From contig CATNEN010000038.1 of the NCBI GenBank assembly GCA_950097015.1, forward strand, positions 21,204,001 to 21,268,000: a DNA stretch of 64,000 bases, in the 5' to 3' direction. How positions within the stretch are numbered: the first letter of the stretch is position 1; each line of letters begins with the position of its first letter. This DNA comes from Macrostomum hystrix. Taxonomy: Eukaryota > Animalia > Platyhelminthes. The notes under the pieces were generated by a model. The model made no database searches, was not told the DNA's origin, and worked only from the letters and a program-made list of their open reading frames with translations. Made by a program: the position numbers and the translations under genes. Shown piece by piece: positions 49,158-61,282 of this stretch.

Positions 49158-52100
49158 TTAGACAAGTTTAATCTGACACGTGACACTTAAGTGCAGCACT
49201 ATATAAATAGAAGCTAGTTTTTATCTCTTAGACAAGTTTAATCTGACACGTGACACTTAAGTGCAGCACTAAATAAATAGAAGCTAGTTTTTATCTCTTA
49301 GAGAAGTTTAATCTGACACGTGACACTTAAGTGCCGCACTATATAAATAGAAGCTAGTTTTTATCTCTTAGACAAGTTTAATCTGACACGTGACACTTAA
49401 GTGCAGCACTAAATAAATAGAAGCTAGTTTTTATCTCTTAGACAAGTTTAATCTGACACGTGACACTTAAGTGCAGCACTAAATAAATAGAAGCTAGTTT
49501 TTATCTCTTAGAGAAGTTTAATCTGACACGTGACACTTAAGTGCCGCACTATATAAATAGAAGCTAGTTTTTTTATCTCTTAGACAAGTTTAATCTGACA
49601 CGTGACACTTAAGTGCAGCACTATATAAATAGAAGCTAGTTTTTATCTCTTAGACAAGTTTAATCTGACACGTGACACTTAAGTGCAGCACTAAATAAAT
49701 AGAAGCTAGTTTTTATCTCTTAGACAAGTTTAATCTGACACGTGACACTTAAGTGCCGCACTATATAAATAGAAGCTAGTTTTTATCTCTTAGACAAGTT
49801 TAATCTGACACGTGACACTTAAGTGCAGCACTAAATAAATAGAAGCTAGTTTTTATCTCTTAGACAAGTTTAATCTGACACGTGACACTTAAGTGCAGCA
49901 CTAAATAAATAGAAGCTAGTTTTTTTATCTCTTAGACAAGTTTAATCTGACACGTGACACTTAAGTGCAGCACTAAATAAATAGAAGCTAGTTTTTTTAT
50001 CTCTTAGACAAGTTTAATCTGACACGTGACACTTAAGTGCAGCACTATATAAATAGAAGCTAGTTTTTATCTCTTAGACAAGTTTAATCTGACACGTGAC
50101 ACTTAAGTGCAGCACTAAATAAATAGAAGCTAGTTTTTATCTCTTAGACAAGTTTAATCTGACACGTGACACTTAAGTGCAGCACTAAATAAATAGAAGC
50201 TAGTTTTTTTATCTCTTAGACAAGTTTAATCTGACACGTGACACTTAAGTGCAGCACTAAATAAATAGAAGCTAGTTTTTATCTCTTAGAGAAGTTTAAT
50301 CTGACACGTGACACTTAAGTGCCGCACTATATAAATAGAAGCTAGTTTTTATCTCTTAGACAAGTTTAATCTGACACGTGACACTTAAGTGCAGCACTAA
50401 ATAAATAGAAGCTAGTTTTTATCTCTTAGACAAGTTTAATCTGACACGTGACACTTAAGTGCAGCACTATATAAATAGAAGCTAGTTTTTATCTCTTAGA
50501 CAAGTTTAATCTGACACGTGACACTTAAGTGCAGCACTAAGTAAATAGAAGCTAGTTTTTATCTCTTAGACAAGTTTAATCTGACACGTGACACTTAAGT
50601 GCAGCACTAAATAAAAAGAAGCTAGTTTTTATCTCTTAGACAAGTTTAATCTGACACGTGACACTTAAGTGCCGCACTATATAAATAGAAGCTAGTTTTT
50701 ATCTCTTAGAGAAGTTTAATCTGACACGTGACACTTAAGTGCCGCACTATATAAATAGAAGCTAGTTTTTATCTCTTAGACAAGTTTAATCTGACACGTG
50801 ACACTTAAGTGCAGCACTAAATAAATAGAAGCTAGTTTTTATCTCTTAGACAAGTTTAATCTGACACGTGACACTTAAGTGCAGCACTATATAAATAGAA
50901 GCTAGTTTTTATCTCTTAGACAAGTTTAATCTGACACGTGACACTTAAGTGCAGCACTAAATAAATAGAAGCTAGTTTTTATCTCTTAGACAAGTTTAAT
51001 CTGACACGTGACACTTAAGTGCAGCACTAAATAAATAGAAGCTAGTTTTTTTATCTCTTAGACAAGTTTAATCTGACACGTGACACTTAAGTGCAGCACT
51101 AAATAAATAGAAGCTAGTTTTTTTATCTCTTAGACAAGTTTAATCTGACACGTGACACTTAAGTGCAGCACTATATAAATAGAAGCTAGTTTTTATCTCT
51201 TAGACAAGTTTAATCTGACACGTGACACTTAAGTGCAGCACTAAATAAATAGAAGCTAGTTTTTATCTCTTAGACAAGTTTAATCTGACACGTGACACTT
51301 AAGTGCAGCACTAAATAAATAGAAGCTAGTTTTTTTATCTCTTAGACAAGTTTAATCTGACACGTGACACTTAAGTGCCGCACTATATAAATAGAAGCTA
51401 GTTTTTATCTCTTAGACAAGTTTAATCTGACACGTGACACTTAAGTGCAGCACTAAATAAATAGAAGCTAGTTTTTATCTCTTAGACAAGTTTAATCTGA
51501 CACGTGACACTTAAGTGCAGCACTAAATAAATAGAAGCTAGTTTTTATCTCTTAGACAAGTTTAATCTGACACGTGACACTTAAGTGCAGCACTAAGTAA
51601 ATAGAAGCTAGTTTTTATCTCTTAGACAAGTTTAATCTGACACGTGACACTTAAGTGCAGCACTAAATAAAAAGAAGCTAGTTTTTATCTCTTAGACAAG
51701 TTTAATCTGACACGTGACACTTAAGTGCCGCACTATATAAATAGAAGCTAGTTTTTATCTCTTAGAGAAGTTTAATCTGACACGTGACACTTAAGTGCCG
51801 CACTATATAAATAGAAGCTAGTTTTTATCTCTTAGACAAGTTTAATCTGACACGTGACACTTAAGTGCAGCACTAAATAAATAGAAGCTAGTTTTTATCT
51901 CTTAGACAAGTTTAATCTGACACGTGACACTTAAGTGCAGCACTATATAAATAGAAGCTAGTTTTTATCTCTTAGACAAGTTTAATCTGACACGTGACAC
52001 TTAAGTGCAGCACTAAGTAAATAGAAGCTAGTTTTTATCTCTTAGACAAGTTTAATCTGACACGTGACACTTAAGTGCAGCACTAAATAAAAAGAAGCTA

Positions 52101-52192
52101 GTTTTTATCTCTTAGACAAGTTTAATCTGACACGTGACACTTAAGTGCCGCACTATATAAATAGAAGCTAGTTTTTATCTCTTAGACAAGTT
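49158..52192. repeat. 70-bp satellite, about 43 highly homogeneous copies
   Basis: Unit TTAGACAAGTTTAATCTGACACGTGACACTTAAGTGCAGCACTA[A/T]ATAAATAGAAGCTAGTTTTTATCTC. Confidence 0.96.
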
Positions 52193-53075
52193 AGAACCTC
52201 TTTTTTCTGTATCAAACTACTGCGTACTACTTACACTTGATGAGGTGAGTAGTTATGTGAGTGTTTTGTAACGCTTCTCTCAAAGTTTCTTGTCGCGATT
52301 CAAGTGAAAATAATCTTTTTTTCTGTCTCTCCAGACTATTGTGAGAGTCATACCTCAACTGGCTGTGTTTTTCTTCGCGTTTTAGTTCTTTTTAACACAA
52401 AGTCGGCACGCATGCATACAGTTGCTATCCCAATGTTTTGTAAGCCGTTTACGCTTCGCAGTATTTATTTAACCGAACAAACCAGCCCCTATATAGATAG
52501 TGTGAACTTGAACTATTGCAAATCTGTGTTTTCTTTGATTAGCAACAAGAAATAAGCACCTTAATTGATTCAGAAACCATATTTGTCTTGCTTTGATTTG
52601 CTTTGTCTTTTACACTTTTTTCCTATTCTCAAAGTCTCCGCATATAGTTTAAAGTTGTAACGCTTGTAAAATTATAACAAGTAATTATTAGACTTAGTCA
52701 CTTTAAACTCACATTTTTATTAGTCATTTAATTTGCTTCTGCGTTTCCCCAGAAACCTCACACTGTGTACCTAGTATGTGTTAAATATATTTAAGCATTA
52801 GGCTTCACTTATAATGATAAAATGTCTGCAAATTCGCTGTTAAATTGCTGTATGCGCCATAGATACTACTCGTGGCGACTGATAGTCAGTTATGCTCAAA
52901 CTAATTGCTAGTATACTGAACCTCTCCAAAAATTGTTGCTTTAGTTTTTTAACATTTTATACTCGTAGAAAAGAAAACATACTAAAGCACTAAGCCTGCT
53001 TAGCAATCACAGTGAGACAGGTTGGAGTCCGAGGCTGCATTTTAATGATCTCGAGGCGAGCAAGTACGAGCGAAG

Positions 53076-54025
53076 CTACATCTGTGCTGCATGCCACTCG
53101 GCAAAACACAAGGCTGCGCACAGTCCAGGGTTGCCTTCGCATGAGCCACAGCAGAAGACGGTTTTCTTGGCCTGACAGTTCCTATAGCACTGCCTGCACC
53201 GCTTTGTTGGTCGAGCCTGCGCTTCGGTGGCTTCAATGCGCTTCAGCAAGAGCTGTTGATGAGCCGATGCAGGCTGCTGCTGTGTCCGAGCAGCTCGAAT
53301 ACGGCCTGTTCCAGTGGAGTCGATAAAGTTCTTGATGATGGTTGCCAAAGACTTTAGAAACTCGAGTTTACCACCGCAAGATCGGTACACAATCTAGCCT
53401 TTTCTGGCTTGCACAAGAGAAAGATGCGCGCCGAGCTTTGTGGGCCACTTCTGAGTCCGCCGGCTTGGGTTGTATGGCTGCAAGGCAGAGTCCATGCCAG
53501 CCTGTCGACACCACCCATAAACATGTTGTATAATACAACTGTCTGTGGCTTCTGCTCGATGACCAGTCCATTTCCACGCACAATCCGGTGAACAGGGTGA
53601 GGTTGGGCTACGCCTTGTGTGTTGAGGAAATCAACTCTTTAGACCCGAGCTCTTTCTGTCGGTTATTTTTAACGCCAGAACATTGCCTCTGCGCATAAGC
53701 GAGCTGCTTGGAGCTTGGTTTTCTTGGATGCAACGAAGACCATCTCGCTCACCGCAATCGGCACGAACTATGCAAGTCAGCAGCTCCGCTGCAGCAGATA
53801 CATCGCAAGACGATACGATTCGAACCAACTAGCGCAGAAGACATGATAACCTAAATCTAATACCTACCTAACTGCTTGCAGCAGGACCCTTTCACTCAGA
53901 AACAACCCGCCACACCAGAGACCTCGAGCTCGACCTCGACTGCTCATTTTCAGCCCTGCTAGAGTGTACTAAGAAGTTGCTGACGTAACCGGATCTAGCT
54001 TCGCAAAGACAATACAGTTTAATAC
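53076..54025 (-). mobile_element. Decayed piggyBac (PGBD4-like) transposase, 3' part
   Basis: IKLYCLCEARSGYVSNF, KPQTVVLYNMFMGGVD and the C-terminal Cys-rich domain KRCRQC..TVFCCGSC..PGLCAALCFAEWH; frameshifted. Confidence 0.85.
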
Positions 54026-54202
54026 TACACTCAGCCACATTGAAAAGTTTCCACCCTAGCGCGCGAAGGGGCAACGTTTTGGTCTGTGGAGATATTCGTG
54101 GTTTGAGCCATAGACAAATATATAATCCGGAATCGACCGAAGCAAAGGAACAGCAAAGAAACAAAGTACGCGAGCATGGGTGACAACTCGCCCAGAACAG
54201 GT

Positions 54203-54940
54203 TCAGTAACGCGTATAGCAGCCACGTGAGTGCAGCAGAGCGCTCACTCTCCGGGGCATCCCCAGAACCAGGCGTCGCAGAAAATCTTGCGGTAGTTGTT
54301 GCCATGCAGTAGACAGTGATTCGCGCAGTTGGGCAACATTTTGCGGCGGATTGTCGCGCCGAATCGAGCGCTTCAGGTAATCCCAAACGTGCTCTATGGG
54401 ATTCATGTCCGGTGATCGGGACGGCCAGCGCAAGGTTCGCAGGTGCAGCAGCTCCTTCAGATGCGCCACAGCGGCTGCGCGATGCGGTGGGGCGTTGTCG
54501 TCTTGGAGGACGCAGTTCCCCACGCCACCACATGAAGCATCAATGAAGGGCAGCAGGCGCGTCTGTAGAAGGTTGGCGTACGACTCGGCAGTCACAGTCG
54601 CATCCAGGAACACGAGCTCCGTCTTCGCGTGCATTGTGATGCCTGCCCACACGTGAATAGAAGCTGACTGGCTCTCAGAGTTTTGCACGTGCTGCGGCAG
54701 CATCTCCTGGCGCGGCTGGCGCCACACGCGAATGCGGCCGTCGGCACGGAACAATCGAAAGCGGCTCTCATCTGTGAAAATCACTCGCCGCCACTGCTGC
54801 TGCCTCCAGTGGACCCTTTGCATTGCCCATTGTTCCCGGCTGGCCACATGGGTTGGGGTCAGGCGTGACCGTTTGCGCATCTTACGGGATCGCAGCCCCG
54901 ACTCCCGCAATCGTCGTCGGATGGTTTGGGCGCTCAGGAC
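54203..54940 (-). CDS. Tc1 transposase, C-terminal catalytic part (split by the retrotransposon)
   Basis: IFTDESRF, LQDDNAPPH, WPSRSPDMNPIEHVW; D-34-E spacing. Confidence 0.9.
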   Translation of the reverse strand, partial: VLSAQTIRRRLRESGLRSRKMRKRSRLTPTHVASREQWAMQRVHWRQQQWRRVIFTDESRFRLFRADGRIRVWRQPRQEMLPQHVQNSESQSASIHVWAGITMHAKTELVFLDATVTAESYANLLQTRLLPFIDASCGGVGNCVLQDDNAPPHRAAAVAHLKELLHLRTLRWPSRSPDMNPIEHVWDYLKRSIRRDNPPQNVAQLRESLSTAWQQLPQDFLRRLVLGMPRRVSALLHSRGCYTRY

Positions 54941-54945
54941 ATTCC

Positions 54946-57900
54946 TGTTATGTTAGAAGTCAAGGCGAGTGTGTGCGAGCTACGAAACGCTTAAAGCCAG
55001 CGATGGGCAGAGAGCCGATATATATATTATTGTTTAGTCAAGTGCAGTGAGCAATGTACATTGTACGCGTCAATGGGGGACTGGGGGGCAGGTGCACTGA
55101 GAGAGAAAGAGAAAGACTGCACATCGGCTAGCCAGCATCGATCATTACACAACACCTCCTTACATTGAAAAGTACGAATATAATGGCACGAAAAGAGTAG
55201 AACGAATATAGTAGCACGAATGGAGTCGCACGAAAACAGTTGAATGGGGAAAAATAAAAACATTGAAATATTTTACGATCATATGGAACAATACAATATT
55301 AATGTTGAAAAATATCATTTTAGACCGTTTGTTAAATCGCACGCTTGAGCAGCAAAGACAACACATCAACTTCTGCCATTCCTCCTTTCACCAAAATTAT
55401 AGGAACTTAAAAAGAGCTTCCAGTTCATTTAAATTCAGTCAACAGTCATTTTTCACTCAAAAGTTCACCACGAGGCCTGGTACCTCTGCGGCTGATGGAC
55501 AAGCCGACCTCGCTTGGTCCGGAACCCAGAGTCGTCCGAGCTTGAGCACGGTTGCACAGATGCCGGCTGCTCAGCTGGCTGCACTGGCTCTGCAGGCTGC
55601 TCTGTCGCCGGTTGCACGGCCGGTTGCACGGCCGGTTGCACGGCCGGTTGCACGGGTGCCTGCTGGTCGTCCGCCTCCGACAGATTGACATCCTCATCAG
55701 CCACTGGGTAGCTTTCATGGAATGGCACGCCGATCTCACGTGGCCTGATAAACCGCCGGTTGCGCCTGAGCAGCTGGCCCGACTCCGTGCGAAGCCAGTA
55801 CGACCGCGGGCTGCCGTCCACCTCGCTGTCGACCTCGGCAGCCACCCAGTTCCGACGATCGCACTGAAGCCAGACTGGCTCGCCGACCTCCAAGCGTCGA
55901 AGTGCGCGCGCACTGCGGTTGTAGAGCTGAGCTGCCCGGGTCCGCTCCTTCTGGAATGCTTCGATGCTGGCATGCACGTAGGTCTCCCGAGGCCGCAGAT
56001 CTTGCACCGTTGTCGGCAGGTCGCACCGCAGTTTCCGGCCAAACGCCATTTCCGCCGGGCTGGGGAAGCCGCTGCCGACCGGCGTGTTGCGATAGTGCAA
56101 AAGGGCCAGTGCCAGGCTCTGTCCAGTCTCCTGGCACTTCTTCATCATATTCTTGGCAGTCTGCACATATCGCTCTGCTTTGCCGTTGGACTGCGGGTAG
56201 GCCGGACTCGATGTCCGGTGCTCCACTTGAAATCTGTTCATGAACTGGCGGAACTCTCCTGCGGTGAACTGCGGCCCATTGTCACTGATGAGCTTCTCTG
56301 GCACTCCAAAGTTCTGGAAATGGTCTTGGAGCACCTGAACTACTGCCAGGCTTGTTGTCGACCGCAGGCGGGTGATGCTCATCCAGTGGCTGTAGGCGTC
56401 TACGTACACCAGGTGCGCAGCGCCACGGAACTCGAACAAGTCGGTCGAGCAGACTTGGAACGGAAACTCGGGCATTTCAACGATCATCAAAGTCTCCTTT
56501 GACTGGGCCTTCATGTTACGCTGGCAGGCCTCGCACTGGCTGACAGTTCGCTCGATGCAGGTGCGCATTCCTGGCCAGTAAAAATAATCTTTGGCTTTCA
56601 GGTCCATCTTGACGATTCCAGGGTGTCCAGCGTGCAAAATTCTTAGGATCGAGCTTCTGGCGCTGCCGGCTGGCACGTAGATGCGGTCCTTCAGGCACAG
56701 GAGTCCTGAGACGAAAGTCAGATCATGGCGAAGATCCCAAAATACTTTCAAATCGTCAGGTAGTCGGTTTCGATGCTCGGGCCATCCGGCTTGAATGACC
56801 TCCTGCAGACGCTGGCTCGTGTGGTCTGCAGCCATGGCCTTCTTGATCATTGTCAGAATCTCGCGGTCTCCACTGAAGCATCGCTCCACAGCTAGCACTT
56901 GTCCGTCCAAAGCTTCCTCCAGCAGAAGCGTCAGGCTGTCCGTCTTTCCGTGAGCTCGGCTTAGCGTGTCTGCGACGTACAGCTCCTTTCCTGGTGTGTA
57001 CTTCACACGAATGTCGTAGGGCTGCAGCTGCAGCAACAAGCGCTGGATGCGCGGCGTGGTGTCACAGAGCTGCTTCTTTAAGATGGACTCCAGTGGCTTA
57101 TGGTCACTCTGGACATTGACAGTGCGGCCCCAGAGGTAGCGGTGAAATTTCTTGCAGCCGTACACAATAGCCAGGAGCTCCTTCTCAATCTGCGCGTATG
57201 CCTGCTGAGCTTTAGTCATGGCTGATGAAGCGAACTCAACCGGACGGTCCTCTTGGAGTAGCACAGCACCGATGCCGCTCTTGCTGGCATCCACAGACAC
57301 GGTGACTGGCTTGCTGACGTCAAATGTGGCCAAAACCCTGTTAGAACACAGCTCCGTGATGATCGAGTCGTACGCCTCGTCGTGCTGATGCGTCCAGCTC
57401 CAAATGACGTCTTTCTTGAGCAGGTGTCTAAGCGGCTCTGCAGTAGCGGAAAGATGAGGACAAAACTTGGCCAGGTAAGTCACACAGCCGAGAAATCGCC
57501 TTAGCTGCTCCTTCTTCGAAGTGAGACCTTCAACATCATTCGGCCGGATCATTTCTCTGATGGCTTTGACCTTCATTGGATCTGCTCGCAACCCTTCCGA
57601 GCTGAGCACATCGCCTAGGTAGTTGAGCTCTTGGACACCGACTCGCATCTTCTGTGGGTTCAGTGTCACCTTGGCACGCTTGCACTGCTCCAGGAGCTCT
57701 CGCACAGCTTGGTCGTGCTCCTCGACTGTTCTTCCCCACACGATGATGTCGTCAAAGAAGTTCTTAGAGTTTCTCACGTTGTTTGTGACGTTTTCTTCCA
57801 TTCTCTTCTGGAAGACCTCGGGAATGGATGAGAGACCGTATGGAACTCGTTTCCAGCGATATCGGCCGAACGGGGTGTGGAACGTGGTCAGGAAGGAGCT

Positions 57901-59821
57901 TTCATCATCGAGTTTTAGTTGGTGAAAGCTCTCGTTCGCATCGAATGAGCTGTACAGGATGGCTCCAGCAGTCGCAGCTCGAACTTCCTCGGCGGTGGGG
58001 ATCGGGTGGTACTCTCTGATGATGAACCTGTTCAGGTAGGTCGGATCTAGACACAGTCGCATCGAGCCGTCCTTCTTCCACACGATGGCCACATTGGAGA
58101 CCCACTGCGTCGGTTCGTCGACTCGCGCGATCGTTCCTTCCTTCTCCAGTCTCTCCAGCTCGCACTTCAGAGGTTGATACGCAGCAAATGGCACCTTGCG
58201 AGGAGGCTGCACTTTAGGCACTGCGTTGTCCGACAGTTGAATGGTGTATGGCTGCTTCATGCAACCAACGCCGTTGAATACTTCTGGGAAGCTGGCCTTT
58301 AACTGGCTGGAGTTCAGTTCCGATAACTGCTGCTTGCTCACCTTGCTGATGCTGCTTGGACTCTGCTGCAACGAGAACAGCTTCTTGACCAGCTGCAGCT
58401 CCTCAATCGCTGACTTCCAGCCGATGATGGGCGTGGAGTTCTCGCCGACAACAACAAACTGCAGTCGGGCATTCTTCCGGCAGGGCGAAGACACAGTCAA
58501 GTACGTGATGCCGACCACGTCCAGCAGCTGCTTGTTGTACGTTGTCAGAGTCCAGGATGTCGGCTCAATCGATGCTGCAGGGGCGAGCTGGATCAGCCGT
58601 TTCAGAGGGATCACGTTGACGTCCGCACCGGTGTCCACCTTGAACTGCAGCTTTCTTCCAGAGTCCGTGACAGTCAGGCACACCATCATCGCCGAGCTGT
58701 CGGTTTGCGCCTTGGTTCGAGCACCTGGCTGCTCCACGGTCATGATTGCTGCAGCCGGGCCATCACCTGCGGACTCGGTCTCGGTGTTCTCCACCAGCTC
58801 GTTGACCTTCTTAGCTGAGCGGCACACGGACGAGAAATGGTTTGCACGACCACAGTTATTGCAGGTCTTTCCGAATGCCGGGCACTTGCGCCGCTCATGC
58901 TGCTGTCCGCAGAAGCCGCAGCTGAGAGCCGACTTGGCATTGCTGGCGGGCTGCGACCGGCTGGTTCGGCCTTGAACTGCCTCGACGGACGCTGGCGTGG
59001 GTGCAGGCGTTGCTCGGCTGATCTGCGCTGTGGCCAGGGTCCGAGCCTGCCGCTTCGAAGTCTCCGACGCTCGACCCATCTGGATGGCGCGGTCCAGCGT
59101 CAGCTTTGTCTCGCGGAGAAGCCTCTCCCTCAGAGCTGGGTCGTTCGCACCGATGACGATCTGATCTCGAATGACGCTGTTCTCGATGGTCTCCTTGTTC
59201 GCTGGCTCGCTGTAGTTGCATCGCTTGATGAGCTGGCGAAGTGAGCCGACGAATTGGTCGAAGTCCTCAGCTTCTCCTTGCACTCTTGTTCGAAGCTGGT
59301 AGCGCTCAAAGGTCTCATTCGACAGAGGCTCGCAGTACTCTTGGAACGCACTCTTTACAGCTGCGTACGTTGCTACTTGGTCTGCAGGAAACGTGGAGAA
59401 TACGTCCTGTCCATCGGATCCCAGCGCGGTCAGGAGAACAGCGATCTTCACTTCTTCACTTTCTTCAGTCCTCTTCGTAGCTTTCATGTAGAAATCAAAT
59501 GCACTGATCCATCGCCTCCAGTTGTCTGCCCTATTGGTGTCAAAAATCATGGGCTCTGGCGGCCTCAATCCATCCATGCTGGCTCGCTAGAAAGTTTAGA
59601 CTTGCGACGTCATGTTATGTTAGAAGTCAAGGCGAGTGTGTGCGAGCTACGAAACGCTTAAAGCCAGCGATGGGCAGAGAGCCGATATATATATTATTGT
59701 TTAGTCAAGTGCAGTGAGCAATGTACATTGTACGCGTCAATGGGGGACTGGGGGGCAGGTGCACTGAGAGAGAAAGAGAAAGACTGCACATCGGCTAGCC
59801 AGCATCGATCATTACACAACA
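54946..59821 (-). mobile_element. Full-length Ty3/Gypsy (Mag-like) LTR retrotransposon
   Basis: Two 209-bp LTRs (54946-55154 and 59613-59821; TG..CA ends; identical by eye), a 5-bp TSD ATTCC, and a purine tract adjacent to the 3' LTR. Confidence 0.95.
55465..59577 (-). CDS. Gag-Pol polyprotein (single ORF, 1370 aa)
   Basis: Two zinc knuckles (CGFCGQQH..C, CNNCGRANHFSSVC), protease DTGA, RT FFDD, RNase H (DAS, YAQIEKE), integrase (H-H-C-C, SDNGPQF, NGKAER). Confidence 0.95.
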   Translation of the reverse strand: MDGLRPPEPMIFDTNRADNWRRWISAFDFYMKATKRTEESEEVKIAVLLTALGSDGQDVFSTFPADQVATYAAVKSAFQEYCEPLSNETFERYQLRTRVQGEAEDFDQFVGSLRQLIKRCNYSEPANKETIENSVIRDQIVIGANDPALRERLLRETKLTLDRAIQMGRASETSKRQARTLATAQISRATPAPTPASVEAVQGRTSRSQPASNAKSALSCGFCGQQHERRKCPAFGKTCNNCGRANHFSSVCRSAKKVNELVENTETESAGDGPAAAIMTVEQPGARTKAQTDSSAMMVCLTVTDSGRKLQFKVDTGADVNVIPLKRLIQLAPAASIEPTSWTLTTYNKQLLDVVGITYLTVSSPCRKNARLQFVVVGENSTPIIGWKSAIEELQLVKKLFSLQQSPSSISKVSKQQLSELNSSQLKASFPEVFNGVGCMKQPYTIQLSDNAVPKVQPPRKVPFAAYQPLKCELERLEKEGTIARVDEPTQWVSNVAIVWKKDGSMRLCLDPTYLNRFIIREYHPIPTAEEVRAATAGAILYSSFDANESFHQLKLDDESSFLTTFHTPFGRYRWKRVPYGLSSIPEVFQKRMEENVTNNVRNSKNFFDDIIVWGRTVEEHDQAVRELLEQCKRAKVTLNPQKMRVGVQELNYLGDVLSSEGLRADPMKVKAIREMIRPNDVEGLTSKKEQLRRFLGCVTYLAKFCPHLSATAEPLRHLLKKDVIWSWTHQHDEAYDSIITELCSNRVLATFDVSKPVTVSVDASKSGIGAVLLQEDRPVEFASSAMTKAQQAYAQIEKELLAIVYGCKKFHRYLWGRTVNVQSDHKPLESILKKQLCDTTPRIQRLLLQLQPYDIRVKYTPGKELYVADTLSRAHGKTDSLTLLLEEALDGQVLAVERCFSGDREILTMIKKAMAADHTSQRLQEVIQAGWPEHRNRLPDDLKVFWDLRHDLTFVSGLLCLKDRIYVPAGSARSSILRILHAGHPGIVKMDLKAKDYFYWPGMRTCIERTVSQCEACQRNMKAQSKETLMIVEMPEFPFQVCSTDLFEFRGAAHLVYVDAYSHWMSITRLRSTTSLAVVQVLQDHFQNFGVPEKLISDNGPQFTAGEFRQFMNRFQVEHRTSSPAYPQSNGKAERYVQTAKNMMKKCQETGQSLALALLHYRNTPVGSGFPSPAEMAFGRKLRCDLPTTVQDLRPRETYVHASIEAFQKERTRAAQLYNRSARALRRLEVGEPVWLQCDRRNWVAAEVDSEVDGSPRSYWLRTESGQLLRRNRRFIRPREIGVPFHESYPVADEDVNLSEADDQQAPVQPAVQPAVQPAVQPATEQPAEPVQPAEQPASVQPCSSSDDSGFRTKRGRLVHQPQRYQASW

Positions 59822-60118
59822 ATTCCCTCGCCTGCTTCTTTCAGCCCACATCAGCCGTAGCAGGGTGGCTGGCAATGTGGGGCTTCCCTTTACCATTCGC
59901 AGCAATCGCCGGTCCGCCCTCCTAGTTGTACTGCGCATATTGAGCCGCAGGCCGCGCGTGGCGTGCGCCACGCTGCCCGTTTCTCTGCACTTGATCTGCA
60001 GTTTGCGGATCGCTGTGTGTGACCGCCCAATTTGGCGAGCAACAGCTCGGATGGACATCCCAGCGTCCAGCATGCCAATGGCGCGCGCTCGTTCCAGGTC
60101 GGTCATTTGGCGAACCAT
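59822..60118 (-). CDS. Tc1 transposase, N-terminal DNA-binding part
   Basis: MVRQMTDLERARAIGMLDAGMSIRAVARQIG..TTRRADR; joins 54940 in frame once the LTR element and one TSD copy are removed. Confidence 0.88.
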
Positions 60119-60357
60119 TGCGTTCGGTTGCGAACGTGGATTTTAGACTCCTGTAAGATGCTGCTGTCTGCTCCATGTGACTGTTTCCTTCGGCTTGTCT
60201 GGCGTCTATGACCCAAGTTTTTGAATTCTATGGCCCAAGTGCGTGTTGACGAAATCATCAATCGTCTATGGCACAAGTCTGGCGACAAAAACCAGTTTTG
60301 AAACTCTAAATATACAACTTGCGCGAGGGTGGAAACTTTTCAATGTTGCTGAGTGTA

Positions 60358-61265
60358 TATCGCGCTCTCTTAGATGGAATATACTAAATAAACAAGACGC
60401 GACCCTTGTAGAGGACTAGCTCTTCATCATAGACGCTAATTTCCTTTTCTGGCATGTAAACATTACGACAAATCTGAGCTTACTCGCGCAATAAATTATC
60501 TTGCCTTTGCTAGTGGGTCGTTTCCATCGAAGTTGTTGCAGTCATAGAATCGCTGTAGGCAACTCATCTTTTGGTACCTGTCTCTTGTTAAGCAAGCGAG
60601 TTGTTGAAAAAAATTTGTCGCGCAAAAATCATCCTTGCTCAAATAGCTGCATGGCTATCTCTGCATGGCTTTTAACTATTCCCATGTAGAGCGACAGCCA
60701 CAAACTTTTTTATCTCGTCCATTGTCACGTCTTTCCAAGTTGAGAACCTTTAAGGCAGGTTCTGCATCGACGCTTGCAGCTCATCAAATTTACGCCACGC
60801 CCGCGCATTGGTCCAATCGCAGAGTTGTTGCAGCAGACCAACGGTCAGAAATAGCTTGAAAAACGAAGCTGGATCGTCATCGGCGATGACACTGGGACTA
60901 CTATAAATTGTCGTTTATATCTACTTGGGTAGCCCGAAACTGTCAAACACTGTCCGACACTTGGAAATTGCTAAGTTAAAAATGTGCTGAGGATCAAATA
61001 AACTAATTTGCACTTTTTCTTGATTCGAATTAAACATTATTTAAAAACGTCAATAACATTAACTCATATCCACTCACCCACCCACCCATCACCCGCCCCA
61101 CTCCAATCTGTTCTTTGCTTTCATGGTTATGATCCTTGCTGCTATAGAACAGATGGCTATCGCAGGCTACGGTGTCAAAATTAAGCTGGGAATATCTATG
61201 ACCTGCTCTGTAGGCCATAGCGCAAACTACGCTGGTGAATTGAATTCCGACCAGCAGTGTAGGGG
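60358..61265 (-). mobile_element. Decayed piggyBac, 5' part and probable terminus
   Basis: EISVYDEELVLYKGR..YIPSKRARY continues into SIKLYCLCE across the Tc1 insertion. ..AGGGG|TTAA at 61261-61269 resembles a piggyBac end. Confidence 0.65.
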
Positions 61266-61282
61266 TTAATTCGTAACAGTAT

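Larger units (their letters stand above)
54028..60355 (-). mobile_element. Tc1 (DD34E) transposon inserted into the piggyBac relic and interrupted by an LTR element
   Basis: 30-bp TIRs CACTCAGC[C/A]ACATTGAAAAGTTTCCACCCT and a TA TSD (54026-27, 60356-57). Confidence 0.92.

Noticed and set aside
55552-56502. 316-aa plus-strand ORF
   Set aside because: Antisense shadow of the GC-rich integrase region
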